Shown here: in pieces, positions 36,426-45,392 of the stretch
Layout of the letters: every line of letters starts with the position of its first letter
How positions within the stretch are numbered: position 1 is the first letter of the stretch
NCBI GenBank assembly: GCA_938002085.1
Contig: CALLAT010000074.1
Location: 21,173-85,172 of the forward strand
From: an uncultured Pseudanabaenaceae cyanobacterium
Lineage (GTDB): Bacteria; Cyanobacteriota; Cyanobacteriia; PCC-9006; JAAUQQ01
DNA: 64,000 nt
Direction: 5' to 3'
The notes under the pieces: generated by a model
The model's database searches: none
Seen by the model: the letters and a program-made list of their open reading frames with translations, nothing else
What the model was told of the DNA's origin: nothing
Position numbers and translations under genes: made by a program

Positions 36426-38390
36426 ATGAGACTGCTAAAACAATTGTGGAAACGTCCTCGTCAAGTTGTTTGGCTCCTCAGCTTAATGTTATTGCTCCCG
36501 CTCAGCTTTTGCCTTTTGCCTCAATTACGATCTGCTAGCTCTAACCTGTCCAACTCAAGCCGTGGGGTTAATGAGCAAATTCTGGTCGATCAGTTTGGCT
36601 GGCGATCGCAATCCACGAAAGTCGCTCTGTTCGCCAATCCTCGCGAAGGGCAAAACAAGTCTCGGCATTATCGTCCCGGCCAAACTTTTGAACTACGCCA
36701 GGCCCATGACGACACCCCGGTATACCAAGGGGAATTAGTGGCCTGGCAAGGCGGAAAAACGGATGAATCATCCGGCGATCAGGTCTGGTCTGCGGATTTC
36801 TCTAGCATTGAGACAGCGGGGGAGTACTACATTTACGATCCCCAAACCCAGCAGCGCTCCTATCCTTTTAGAATCCAAGACAATCCCTACAGCCAAGTAC
36901 TCAGCGCTGCAACCAAAGCCTTCTACTACCAGCGATGCGGCACAGCCATAACTGCACAGCAGGGGGGCAACTGGAGCCACCCTCCCTGTCATCTTGGTCG
37001 GCGACAAGACCTAAAAGCAGCTCGCTATGGCAGTGGCAAAGAACCCCGAGATGTTCATGGTGGCTGGCATGATGCCGGAGATTTCAATAAATATCTGCCT
37101 TTCACCGCCAAAACCCTGTGGCACCTCTTTGATGCCTATGAGCAAAATCCCCAGGCGTTTAACGACCAGCAAAATATTCCCGAAAGCGGCAATGGCGTCC
37201 CCGATCTTCTAGATGAAGTGAAGTGGGAATTAGACTGGATGCTGCGCATGCAGCTAGAGGATGGCTCGGTGGCCAACCGGGTGGCCACTGCGGGTGAGGG
37301 AGACCCCATGCCCCACGAGGATCGAGCAGCACGTTACTACACCGAGCCTACGACCTGGGCTACCTCTGCCTTTATTACTGGAGCAGCTAATGGAGCCAGG
37401 CTCTTTGCTCCCTTTGAAGCGACCTATCCGGGCTATAGCGATCGCCTCATCGCCGCCGCAGAGCAAGCCTGGCAATTCCTAGACCGTCATCCCGAACATT
37501 GGCCTAGCGATGGCATCGACCATGGCAAAAAGCCCCCGCTCAGCCCAGCCTCCCAAGCCAATGAAGAAGGCAATGACGGGATGTTGAGGCTCTGGGCCGC
37601 CGCAGAACTGTATCGGGCGACGGGCAATGCAACCTATGGTAAAGCCTTTGAAACCAGGGCCGGTTTTCCAACATCAGCTCTGGCGGTCGAAGAACCTGAC
37701 AACAGCTTGTCCTTAGAGTCATTCGATCCTTATCAACATCTAGCCTTCATTACCTATGCTCGGACAGAGCATAAGTCTCCCCGTCGCCAGGCGATTCTCC
37801 AGCAGCTCCAAGCATCACTGCAATCCACCCTCAGCCAAATCAACAATTTGGATCCCCAAGGGGTGGATCCCTATCGGGCCTACATCGACGACTATCACTG
37901 GGGTTCGAACCAAAGCAAGGCAAGCTGGGGGCTGATGTTTCTCCTCGCGAAAGAATTAAAGCTCAAGGCATTTGAAGAAGACTTCCACCACAGCAATGCC
38001 GAAGAATATTTGCATTATTTCCATGGCAGAAACCCCCTGGGCTGGGTTTACCTCAGCAACATGGGCAAGAAGGGAGCCAATGCAGGCGCAGAGAAAAGTG
38101 TCATGCACCTCTATCACGGCTGGTTCCCCCCCCAAAGCCCCTACGATGGGGCGGATTCTAAATATGGACCCGCTCCTGGTTTTGTCACCGGCGGTCCGAA
38201 CCAGTACTACAGTGCCAAACAGGTCTCTCCTCCCTACGGTGAACCAGTTCAGAAAGCCTTCAAAGATTGGAATGTAGACAAGCAAGGTTTAGGGGTCCAA
38301 TCCCAGGCTCCCTGGGAAATAACCGAGCCCGCCATCTATTACCAAGCTGCCTATGTGAACCTGCTCTCCTACTTTGCCCAGGCCCAGTAA
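36426..38390 (+). CDS. Glycoside hydrolase family 9 (endoglucanase-type) with N-terminal Ig-like (CelD_N) domain
   Basis: 654-aa ORF with ATG at 36426. Signal/anchor VVWLLSLMLLLPLSFCLL. CelD_N-like ILVDQFGWRSQSTKVALF...ADFSSIETAGEYYIY. GH9 catalytic signature DVHGGWHDAGDFNKY. C-terminal WEITEPAIYYQAAYV. Confidence 0.85.
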   Translation: MRLLKQLWKRPRQVVWLLSLMLLLPLSFCLLPQLRSASSNLSNSSRGVNEQILVDQFGWRSQSTKVALFANPREGQNKSRHYRPGQTFELRQAHDDTPVYQGELVAWQGGKTDESSGDQVWSADFSSIETAGEYYIYDPQTQQRSYPFRIQDNPYSQVLSAATKAFYYQRCGTAITAQQGGNWSHPPCHLGRRQDLKAARYGSGKEPRDVHGGWHDAGDFNKYLPFTAKTLWHLFDAYEQNPQAFNDQQNIPESGNGVPDLLDEVKWELDWMLRMQLEDGSVANRVATAGEGDPMPHEDRAARYYTEPTTWATSAFITGAANGARLFAPFEATYPGYSDRLIAAAEQAWQFLDRHPEHWPSDGIDHGKKPPLSPASQANEEGNDGMLRLWAAAELYRATGNATYGKAFETRAGFPTSALAVEEPDNSLSLESFDPYQHLAFITYARTEHKSPRRQAILQQLQASLQSTLSQINNLDPQGVDPYRAYIDDYHWGSNQSKASWGLMFLLAKELKLKAFEEDFHHSNAEEYLHYFHGRNPLGWVYLSNMGKKGANAGAEKSVMHLYHGWFPPQSPYDGADSKYGPAPGFVTGGPNQYYSAKQVSPPYGEPVQKAFKDWNVDKQGLGVQSQAPWEITEPAIYYQAAYVNLLSYFAQAQ

Positions 38391-38478
38391 TATTGGGCTC
38401 CCAGTCACTCAGTGAGTCCCTGAGAATTCAGAACGCGACTCCCAGAACGCGACTCACTGGGCTACAAGCTTGGGGCTA

Positions 38479-38781
38479 TCAACCTTCGTCTTCGGGCTGA
38501 TCGTTGAGCAAAGGCAAGCGATCGCCCCGAAACAGCTCTTCACTGGCGCTGCCCAGCTGGGTCAACCCCGCGATGGCAAAGCGAGACAAGACTAGCCCGC
38601 CCAACAACGGTAGGGTGAACGCACTCACCGAAAGCGCGATCGCTTCTTGGGACAAACGAGGAACAGCAGTAGCCTCAACGACGGGCGTCTTTTCAGGCTC
38701 ACGGAAAGAATTGGAAGCAGGCCAAGCCATGGCGTTTATAGAAACAGAAGGATCCCGATTAAAGTTACTCTCCCAGCGCAT
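38479..38781 (-). CDS. Small hypothetical membrane protein
   Basis: 100-aa ORF with one hydrophobic helix (LSVSAFTLPLLGGLVLSRFAIAGL) and an acidic C-terminus. Competing plus-strand ORFs (38504..38857, 38647..38958) look less protein-like. Start uncertain. Confidence 0.4.
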   Translation of the reverse strand: MRWESNFNRDPSVSINAMAWPASNSFREPEKTPVVEATAVPRLSQEAIALSVSAFTLPLLGGLVLSRFAIAGLTQLGSASEELFRGDRLPLLNDQPEDEG

Positions 38782-39285
38782 TCATCACAGCCAGCTGGGT
38801 TATCAGCACTCTATTCTTCACCAGTCTATCGATTTGCCGCAGCTCCGGCTCGTATAGCCATCTGGCATCCATCTGGCCTAGCTCTAGTGAGCCAAGCCAG
38901 ATGGATGCCCAGGTCCCAAACTATCTCCTCACCCAAATCTCAAGGAAGTCCTGAATGAGACCGAAGCGAGGGCTGAGCACCACCCCAGATTGATTTACCA
39001 GCCAACATTCACCAATGGGCCTTTCTAAGGTAAGCTCATGCGGAATTGCAGTTGTATGAACCGATGCATCGGCAACCTGGTTAGGTCGGAAATATTGATA
39101 GACATCATCAATGGACTGACTTAGCGGTTGTATTCGAAGTCTTCATTGACAGACCACCAGGAATCACACCCTTAACATTTATTATCTTTTACGAAGACGG
39201 TATGTGATCTAAGGGAACAAGTTTGAGTGGCGGTTGCGCGCTCTGTCACAGCTAGATACACCTTTTCCAAGGATTATGGTCCAAC

Positions 39286-39332
39286 CTGTCCAATTCAACC
39301 GTGAGATTAACTCACATCGTTGAATTGGACAG
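39286..39332. promoter_or_regulatory. 14-bp perfect inverted repeat with nested palindrome upstream of the 1074-aa ORF
   Basis: ctgtccaattcaac (39286-39299) and gttgaattggacag (39319-39332) flank gtgag-attaa-ctcac (39301-39315). A third half-site, cccaattcaatcc, is at 39343-39355. It lies 46-115 nt upstream of the ATG at 39401. Confidence 0.4.
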
Positions 39333-39400
39333 GCAACGACCTCCCAATTCAATCCTTGAACATCAACCTCGACTCGCCTAAGCCTTCTTTTGTCTAAAGC

Positions 39401-42400
39401 ATGGTCCAGTCAACCCTGAGCAAACCCAAACAGAAACAGTCCAGCTCTCTCTCCAGTTGGTTTTACCAACTGCTAGACCAGCCTGGGCTAAAGGTAAAAA
39501 CCCAACAGCGGGGGAATGCGCTTCATCTCTTGCTCGAAGGGAAGGTCTGCCCCGAGAAGATTCCGACCTTGACCCAGCTGGTTCAGCAGCTTCAGGCCTC
39601 TCCGGCGGATGATCGCCTGGCCCAAGCTCCTGCTCCGATTTACCGTCTCCTTGTCTATGGACGTCAAAAGGGAGAGAGCAAGCCCCGCTGGAGTCAATCC
39701 CTTCAGCTCAACCAGCTGGAGCGTCACCAGGGATTACTCGAACAGCAGCTAGAGGATCAAGCGCTATCCATCGATGGCGTCACTCAAAATGGCAATAGCC
39801 AGGTCACGGCCAACCAGCCAGATCTCAGCCAGACCTCAGCAAGCCAGACGTCCTCCTTAATCCTGTCCAACCGAGCTTTAGCCCAGCAGGGCGATCCAAA
39901 GGCGATCGCCCGCTACCTCAGTGAAGAGCTCAATAGCCTCGGCGTCTCCGTACGCGTTGCCATCAAAGCAGCTAACCCCGAGATTCAGCCCGCCGTCTCC
40001 CTGGGCGATAGCAAACGCCTCTGGGTGCTGTGCGAAGCCCCCTACAGCCTAGATGCCACAGCCACAGCCGATCTTCTCGCCAGCCGATTGCGAGGATTAG
40101 AACTCGACGGCTTCCAGGACGCGGCGGTCTTCAGTCAGGTCAAAGGAGAACTCAAACCAGACTGGTCCTTGCGGGTCGACCTGACCCCTCCCAGTGAGCT
40201 CCAGCACCAATGGAGCCGTTGGGGAGATGAAGAAGCGATCGCCCTATGGCTCAACGGTCAACTCAAGCCCCAAGGCATTGAGCTGAAAATCCAGCTCCAG
40301 GGCAAAACCCTGCATCTCTTCTGCCGACCCACGACTCCCAAACGCACCCTCCCGACGGTCCTAGACTTCAGAGACAAGCTCGCCCCTCTCCTGATTGACT
40401 TGGCTCCCCAGGGCATCCATGGCGTATCTGTATATGGCTTGGATTCAACGGCGCCTCTCCCCCCTCTACTCTCCTCAGAAACCGCAGTCTCACAACATCC
40501 CAGATACCTGGCCACACCTGATTCCCATCCCGTAAAAGGGGACTTACAGGACCTGGCCTGGGTGGACTGGATCAATCTACCCGCCTCGGAATACCCTGAG
40601 CTCGCCCCCACAACCCTGGCCCTAGCCGAACAAGGCGACCTTGCGGCCCTCAGCTTCCTCCTCACCCGACTGATCAACCCGGACATCGACGAACAGCTCC
40701 AAACGGGTGGCATTCGAGTCCAGCTCCTTCGTCGGAGCGACTTGCTACACGTTATGTGTGACGCACCTCGCTGTCCTCGGCGTAAGGACATTACGCGGCC
40801 CATCTCTAAATACATTCGTCGCTTGAGACTGCCCAAGGTGGCAGGTCTGCGCGTCTACGGTCGCCGCGCTGGCCAAGCTCAACCTCGCTGGCAATATGGT
40901 CGAGACTTCGTGCCCCGCCAGGACACCGGCGTGGAGCTGGCTCCCCGTTTCAAGGTCACTGAAGCCACCGGGGGCGATCTCCTCACCCAAGACGATGCGA
41001 TCGCCCAAAGCATCGGTAGTCATCGGTCCCCCTGGAGCTTTGCCCCAGGCATTGCTTTACCCAATTGGCACATTGGTCCCCTAGTCCAGCCCTGGCTCGA
41101 TCGCCTCCACCAAGGCTTGGTCAACTCTCAGTTCTTCGTACCCCAGCCAGAGTCAAGTCTTCAGCTCAATTCCAAGCCCAATTTAAGCCAGGCAGTCAGT
41201 CCTGCTTCGGAAACCCTCAAAACGGCGGCGAACAAGACCTTTGGGGTCGCCCCAACTAAGCTGGCGCTGATCTGGGCTGCCCTCGGCTTAGTCGTGACTG
41301 GGAGTGCCGACTTAGTCCTCGGCCAGGTGCTCACCCTCACCGCTCCCCCCAGGGAAGCAGTGGATTTGGCATCGAGCCCCAATGCCCTGGGCGAGGTACT
41401 GCTGGGCGATCGCAGCAGTGGTTCCGACAATGCCAGCGGCAATCTCGGAGGCAATGGCGATGGCTTTTTGGATAACGCCAGCCTGGACAGTTTCAACGCG
41501 GGTCCAAAGCCCAGTGACTCCCCGGCGATCGCGGCCCTCATGGAGCAATATCCCAGTTTCAACAATCCCCTGTTCAACGAAAAGCTCGCCCTCTATCGCC
41601 AGCGCGTCGCCGAAGAAGGTCCGCCTGATGTTTTGATTCTGGGGAGCTCCAGGGCTTTACGAGGCGTGGATCCTGCCGCCTTAGCAGCCGGTCTAGGCAA
41701 AATTGGCAAACCCGATCTGAAAATTTTCAACTTCAGCATTAACGGCTCCACGGCCCAGGTCGTCGAACTGCAATTGCTGATGATTTTGGAGCCGGAGCAC
41801 CTTCCCGGCATCATTCTCTGGGCTGATGGAGCCCGTGCTTTCAACAGCGGCCGATCCGACCGGACCTATGAAGCGATCGCCGAGTCAGAAGCCTACCGCC
41901 GCCTGCTGCAAAACACCCTGCCCGCCCTCTTTAGCCCCGGCGGAACCCTTGTCGCCACCCAACTCCAAGAACGCCGCCCCATCACCAGCCTGCTCAACAT
42001 CCAGGGTCTAGACAACGCCCTAGACAACGGCTTCAGTCGCCTCTCCGCCGTGCACAGTCGCCGGGCACAGCTCAAACATGGCCTGGGCAAGCTCTACGCC
42101 CGCAGCGCCTCCGGCCTGCAGCCCGCACCGGATCCAGAGGGAGAAGCGACCCTGGGCTACGCCCTAGATGTGCCGGAAGGAGAAGGCTTCATCGACTTTG
42201 ACGGCTTTATGCCGCTGTCCTTGCGCTTCAACCCCGCCACTTACTATCAAAACTACTCCCGCGTCACGGGCGAGTACGACAAGGATTACCAGGGCTTCCG
42301 CATGGAAGGCGACCAAACCCGTTCCCTGGAGACCGTCATTCAGATCACCCGGCAATATGGCGTGCCCCTAGTTTTTGTGAACCTGCCCCTGACAGAGGAA

Positions 42401-42625
42401 TATTTGGACCCCGTGCGATCGCGCTACGAGTCCCTCTTCCAAAAGAACATGTTCCGGCGTATGACCCAGCGCCAGCTCATCTTCCGCGACCTCTCCCAGC
42501 TCTGGCCCAAGACCGTCGATAACTTTTCCGACCCCAGCCACCTCAACCGCTACGGCGCTCGCCGCGTCTCTTCTCATCTCGCGGAAGATCCCATGATTCC
42601 CTGGCCCAGCCTGCCCCGCCGCTAG
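39401..42625 (+). CDS. 1074-aa membrane protein: four copies of an orphan ~80-90-aa module, one TM helix, C-terminal DUF1574/SGNH-hydrolase-like domain
   Basis: Long ORF with ATG at 39401. Internal repeats at aa ~20-97, 163-256, 275-346 and 411-497. TM helix LALIWAALGLVVTGSADLVLGQVL (aa ~621-645). The C-terminal domain has VLILGSSRALRGVD and FSDPSHLNRYG (GDS-like Ser block and DxxH block). Confidence 0.8.
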   Translation: MVQSTLSKPKQKQSSSLSSWFYQLLDQPGLKVKTQQRGNALHLLLEGKVCPEKIPTLTQLVQQLQASPADDRLAQAPAPIYRLLVYGRQKGESKPRWSQSLQLNQLERHQGLLEQQLEDQALSIDGVTQNGNSQVTANQPDLSQTSASQTSSLILSNRALAQQGDPKAIARYLSEELNSLGVSVRVAIKAANPEIQPAVSLGDSKRLWVLCEAPYSLDATATADLLASRLRGLELDGFQDAAVFSQVKGELKPDWSLRVDLTPPSELQHQWSRWGDEEAIALWLNGQLKPQGIELKIQLQGKTLHLFCRPTTPKRTLPTVLDFRDKLAPLLIDLAPQGIHGVSVYGLDSTAPLPPLLSSETAVSQHPRYLATPDSHPVKGDLQDLAWVDWINLPASEYPELAPTTLALAEQGDLAALSFLLTRLINPDIDEQLQTGGIRVQLLRRSDLLHVMCDAPRCPRRKDITRPISKYIRRLRLPKVAGLRVYGRRAGQAQPRWQYGRDFVPRQDTGVELAPRFKVTEATGGDLLTQDDAIAQSIGSHRSPWSFAPGIALPNWHIGPLVQPWLDRLHQGLVNSQFFVPQPESSLQLNSKPNLSQAVSPASETLKTAANKTFGVAPTKLALIWAALGLVVTGSADLVLGQVLTLTAPPREAVDLASSPNALGEVLLGDRSSGSDNASGNLGGNGDGFLDNASLDSFNAGPKPSDSPAIAALMEQYPSFNNPLFNEKLALYRQRVAEEGPPDVLILGSSRALRGVDPAALAAGLGKIGKPDLKIFNFSINGSTAQVVELQLLMILEPEHLPGIILWADGARAFNSGRSDRTYEAIAESEAYRRLLQNTLPALFSPGGTLVATQLQERRPITSLLNIQGLDNALDNGFSRLSAVHSRRAQLKHGLGKLYARSASGLQPAPDPEGEATLGYALDVPEGEGFIDFDGFMPLSLRFNPATYYQNYSRVTGEYDKDYQGFRMEGDQTRSLETVIQITRQYGVPLVFVNLPLTEEYLDPVRSRYESLFQKNMFRRMTQRQLIFRDLSQLWPKTVDNFSDPSHLNRYGARRVSSHLAEDPMIPWPSLPRR

Positions 42626-42665
42626 CCCCCTTGGGCAAGAAGATAAAATTAGGCCATCAGGCATC

Positions 42666-42709
42666 AAAAACGACTGTGAACATGGCATTACATGTTCACA
42701 GTCGTTTTT
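42666..42709 (+). terminator. Rho-independent terminator (perfect 19-bp stem)
   Basis: aaaaacgactgtgaacatg (42666-42684), loop gcatta, catgttcacagtcgttttt (42691-42709). It starts 41 nt after the stop at 42625. A/T runs on both sides make it potentially bidirectional. Confidence 0.85.
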
Positions 42710-42754
42710 GAGTTTGGTTCAATGTCCGTTCCTTGGCCTGATTGCAAGTGGGCT

Positions 42755-42970
42755 GGCTACCACCTGAGTTCGACGGCTCGCAAAAGCACTGGCGAAGCAA
42801 GCTAGGAATAAATTCCCAGCCTAAGAGCGAAAGCCCACTAAAGTGGGCTGCAACCCTCGCTGGTGGGCTGTTCAGTCCGTTTTAACGGACTTGAGCTTTG
42901 AGCCGTGAACTTTAGCTCACGGCGGCAGAGCCAAGCCAGCCCTAAATTTGTCGAACTCAGGTTGGCTACC
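42755..42970. mobile_element. MITE-like non-coding element with 13-bp terminal inverted repeats and three internal hairpins (contains family-1 repeat copy B)
   Basis: acctgagttcgac (42762-42774) and gtcgaactcaggt (42950-42962). Internal hairpins gcccac-taaa-gtgggc, gtccgtt-tt-aacggac and gccgtga...tcacggc. No ORF. 42873-42922 is the inverted copy of 18075-18124. Confidence 0.5.
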
Positions 42971-43061
42971 CGTCCGGCTCATCATGGGGCATGATATGTA
43001 ACGGCTTGTTAACTCGCGGCTTGCAGGTTAGCTAGCAGTCACTTATCCAATTTTGGCGTCC

Positions 43062-44066
43062 ATGGCAACTCCCCGCGTCCTCTCCGGCATTCAGCCCACA
43101 GGTAATATCCACCTTGGCAACTACCTTGGCGCGATTCGCAACTGGGTGGACCTCCAGGACAAGTACGACTGCTTCCTCTTCATGGCTGACCTCCATGCCA
43201 TCACAGTGCCCTACGAGCCCAAACAGCTCAAAGACAACGTGCGCAAAGTCGCCGCAACCTACATTGCCTGCGGCATTGACCCCCAGAAATCCACCATCTT
43301 TGTTCAATCCCAGCTCAGCGCCCACAGCGAACTGGCCTGGCTGTTCAACTGCATCACGCCCCTGAATTGGCTGGAACGGATGATTCAGTTCAAGGAAAAA
43401 GCTGTCAAACAGGGCGAAAACGTCAGCGTTGGCCTCCAGGGCTACCCCATTCTCCAAGCCGCAGATATTTTGCTCTACGAGCCCGACCTCGTGCCCGTCG
43501 GCGAAGACCAGAAGCAGCACCTTGAATTAACTCGCGACATTGCCGCTCGCCTCAACTTCCAGTTTGGAAACGAAGAGAACCCCGTGCTTAAAGTGCCTGA
43601 GCCCATGATTCTCAAGGCTGGTGCGAGGGTCATGAGCCTGACCGATGGCACCAAGAAAATGTCCAAGTCCGACCCATCGGAGCTAAGCCGCATTGACCTG
43701 ACTGATCCACCAGAGCTACTGCGCAAGAAGGTCAAGAAGTGCAAGAGTGATCCCCATCGCGGTTTGGAATTTGACAACCCCGAGCGCCCTGAGTGCAACA
43801 ATCTACTCAACCTCTACATGATTTTGTCGGGCCAAGAGAAAGAAGCTGTGGCCCAGGAATGCGCCGACATGGGCTGGGGCCAATTCAAGCCCCTTCTCGC
43901 GGACACCTTGGTCGAAGCCCTAGCCCCCATCCAGGCTAAATACGCAGAAGTGATGGAGGACTCGGCCTACTTAGATAGCGTCTTAGCCGAGGGCAGAGAG
44001 AAGGCCAATGCCGTCGCTGGCACCACCCTAGCCAATGTCAAAACAGCCATGGGATTCACGCTGTAA
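43062..44066 (+). CDS. trpS: Tryptophan--tRNA ligase
   Basis: The ORF track gives 43053..44066 (TTG). The ATG at 43062 gives MATPRVLSGIQPTGNIHLGNYLGA (HIGH-type motif). KMSKS is present (GTKKMSKSD). Confidence 0.95.
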   Translation: MATPRVLSGIQPTGNIHLGNYLGAIRNWVDLQDKYDCFLFMADLHAITVPYEPKQLKDNVRKVAATYIACGIDPQKSTIFVQSQLSAHSELAWLFNCITPLNWLERMIQFKEKAVKQGENVSVGLQGYPILQAADILLYEPDLVPVGEDQKQHLELTRDIAARLNFQFGNEENPVLKVPEPMILKAGARVMSLTDGTKKMSKSDPSELSRIDLTDPPELLRKKVKKCKSDPHRGLEFDNPERPECNNLLNLYMILSGQEKEAVAQECADMGWGQFKPLLADTLVEALAPIQAKYAEVMEDSAYLDSVLAEGREKANAVAGTTLANVKTAMGFTL

Positions 44067-44450
44067 CCCAGAAATTCAGCTTTAGCGATCGCGCCAAAAG
44101 AGGAATCCCCTCTCCCTAAGATCTAGGCATACCCTGCTGGAAAATCCCCAGCCTCACCCCTAAAAACCAGAGCCCAGGCGAAGTGATTTTTCTGACAACT
44201 GCCCCATAGGGATGCCTAGTCGCGAAAGAAGCCGGTAGAATTGGCTTAACCTCGTTAGAGCCCTCAACTCAACAACGGGGATCACATTCCATTTCTTGAG
44301 CCCAAAAACAAGTTGGCAACTGGAGTCCTGGTCTCGCCATCTGTTGATCAGCTAGGTAACCTGCGCTGAGGATCAATGCCCTATTTGATCCCAAGCTCCC
44401 AGTTACATCAGCTTTGACTCGCAACTTACGGATGAGCTTCCTAATCTCCC

Positions 44451-45392
44451 ATGGCCTTAACTAAATTACGCAGCGCAATCGAGTCCAGTGAATTTGTCCT
44501 CACAGCCGAAGTGGCTCCCCCCAAAGGCGGGAACCCGATTCATATGGTGGAGATTGCCAAGCGCCTCCAGGGACGAGTCCATGCGGTAAATGTTACTGAT
44601 GGCAGCCGTGCTGTGATGCGTATGTCCTCTCTAGCAGCGACCGCAATCCTTCAACAGAATGGCGTGGAGCCGGTTTGTCAGGTAACGGGGCGCGATCGCA
44701 ACCGCATCGGCATCCAAGCGGACCTACTCGGAGCCCATGCCCTCGGTATCCACAACATCCTGGCCCTCACCGGCGACCCTGTGAAAGCTGGGGACAACCC
44801 CGATGCCAAAGCCGTATTTGAACTGGAATCCATCCGCATTCTCAAGCTAATCGCCAAACTCAACGGCGGCAGCGACTGGAACGAGAAGCCCCTCACCGAT
44901 GGCGCGACCGAACTGCTGGCCGGAGCCGCAGTCGATCCCCAGCTAAAGAGCTGGTCTTCGCTACAAAAGCGCTTTGAACGCAAGGTTGAATCCGGAGCCC
45001 AATTCTTCCAAAGCCAGATGATCACTGACTTTGATCGTCTCGAAGAATTCATGACCAAAGTGGCCAATCCCAGCGGCAAGCCGATCCTGGCAGGGATCTT
45101 CTTACTAAAGTCAGCCAAAAATGCAGCCTTTATCAATCGCTACGTTCCTGGCGTCAATATCCCCGACCACATCATCGACCGTCTTGCCAAGGCAGACGAT
45201 CCTTTGGCTGAAGGCATCAACATTGCCGCAGAACAGGTTAAACTAGCCCAGCAAATCTGCCAGGGGGTCCATTTGATGGCAATCAAACGGGAAGACCTTA
45301 TTCCCGAGATCCTTAACCAGGCAGGCATTGCCCCTTTAGCAGATAGCTCCGAGCGCTCAAGTCTGCCCCAGGGCATTGCCATGACGGCATAG
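44451..45392 (+). CDS. metF: Methylenetetrahydrofolate reductase
   Basis: 313-aa ORF with ATG at 44451. VLTAEVAPPKG, VNVTDGSRA, CQVTGRDRNR and ILALTGDP resemble the MTHFR TIM-barrel family. Confidence 0.8.
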   Translation: MALTKLRSAIESSEFVLTAEVAPPKGGNPIHMVEIAKRLQGRVHAVNVTDGSRAVMRMSSLAATAILQQNGVEPVCQVTGRDRNRIGIQADLLGAHALGIHNILALTGDPVKAGDNPDAKAVFELESIRILKLIAKLNGGSDWNEKPLTDGATELLAGAAVDPQLKSWSSLQKRFERKVESGAQFFQSQMITDFDRLEEFMTKVANPSGKPILAGIFLLKSAKNAAFINRYVPGVNIPDHIIDRLAKADDPLAEGINIAAEQVKLAQQICQGVHLMAIKREDLIPEILNQAGIAPLADSSERSSLPQGIAMTA

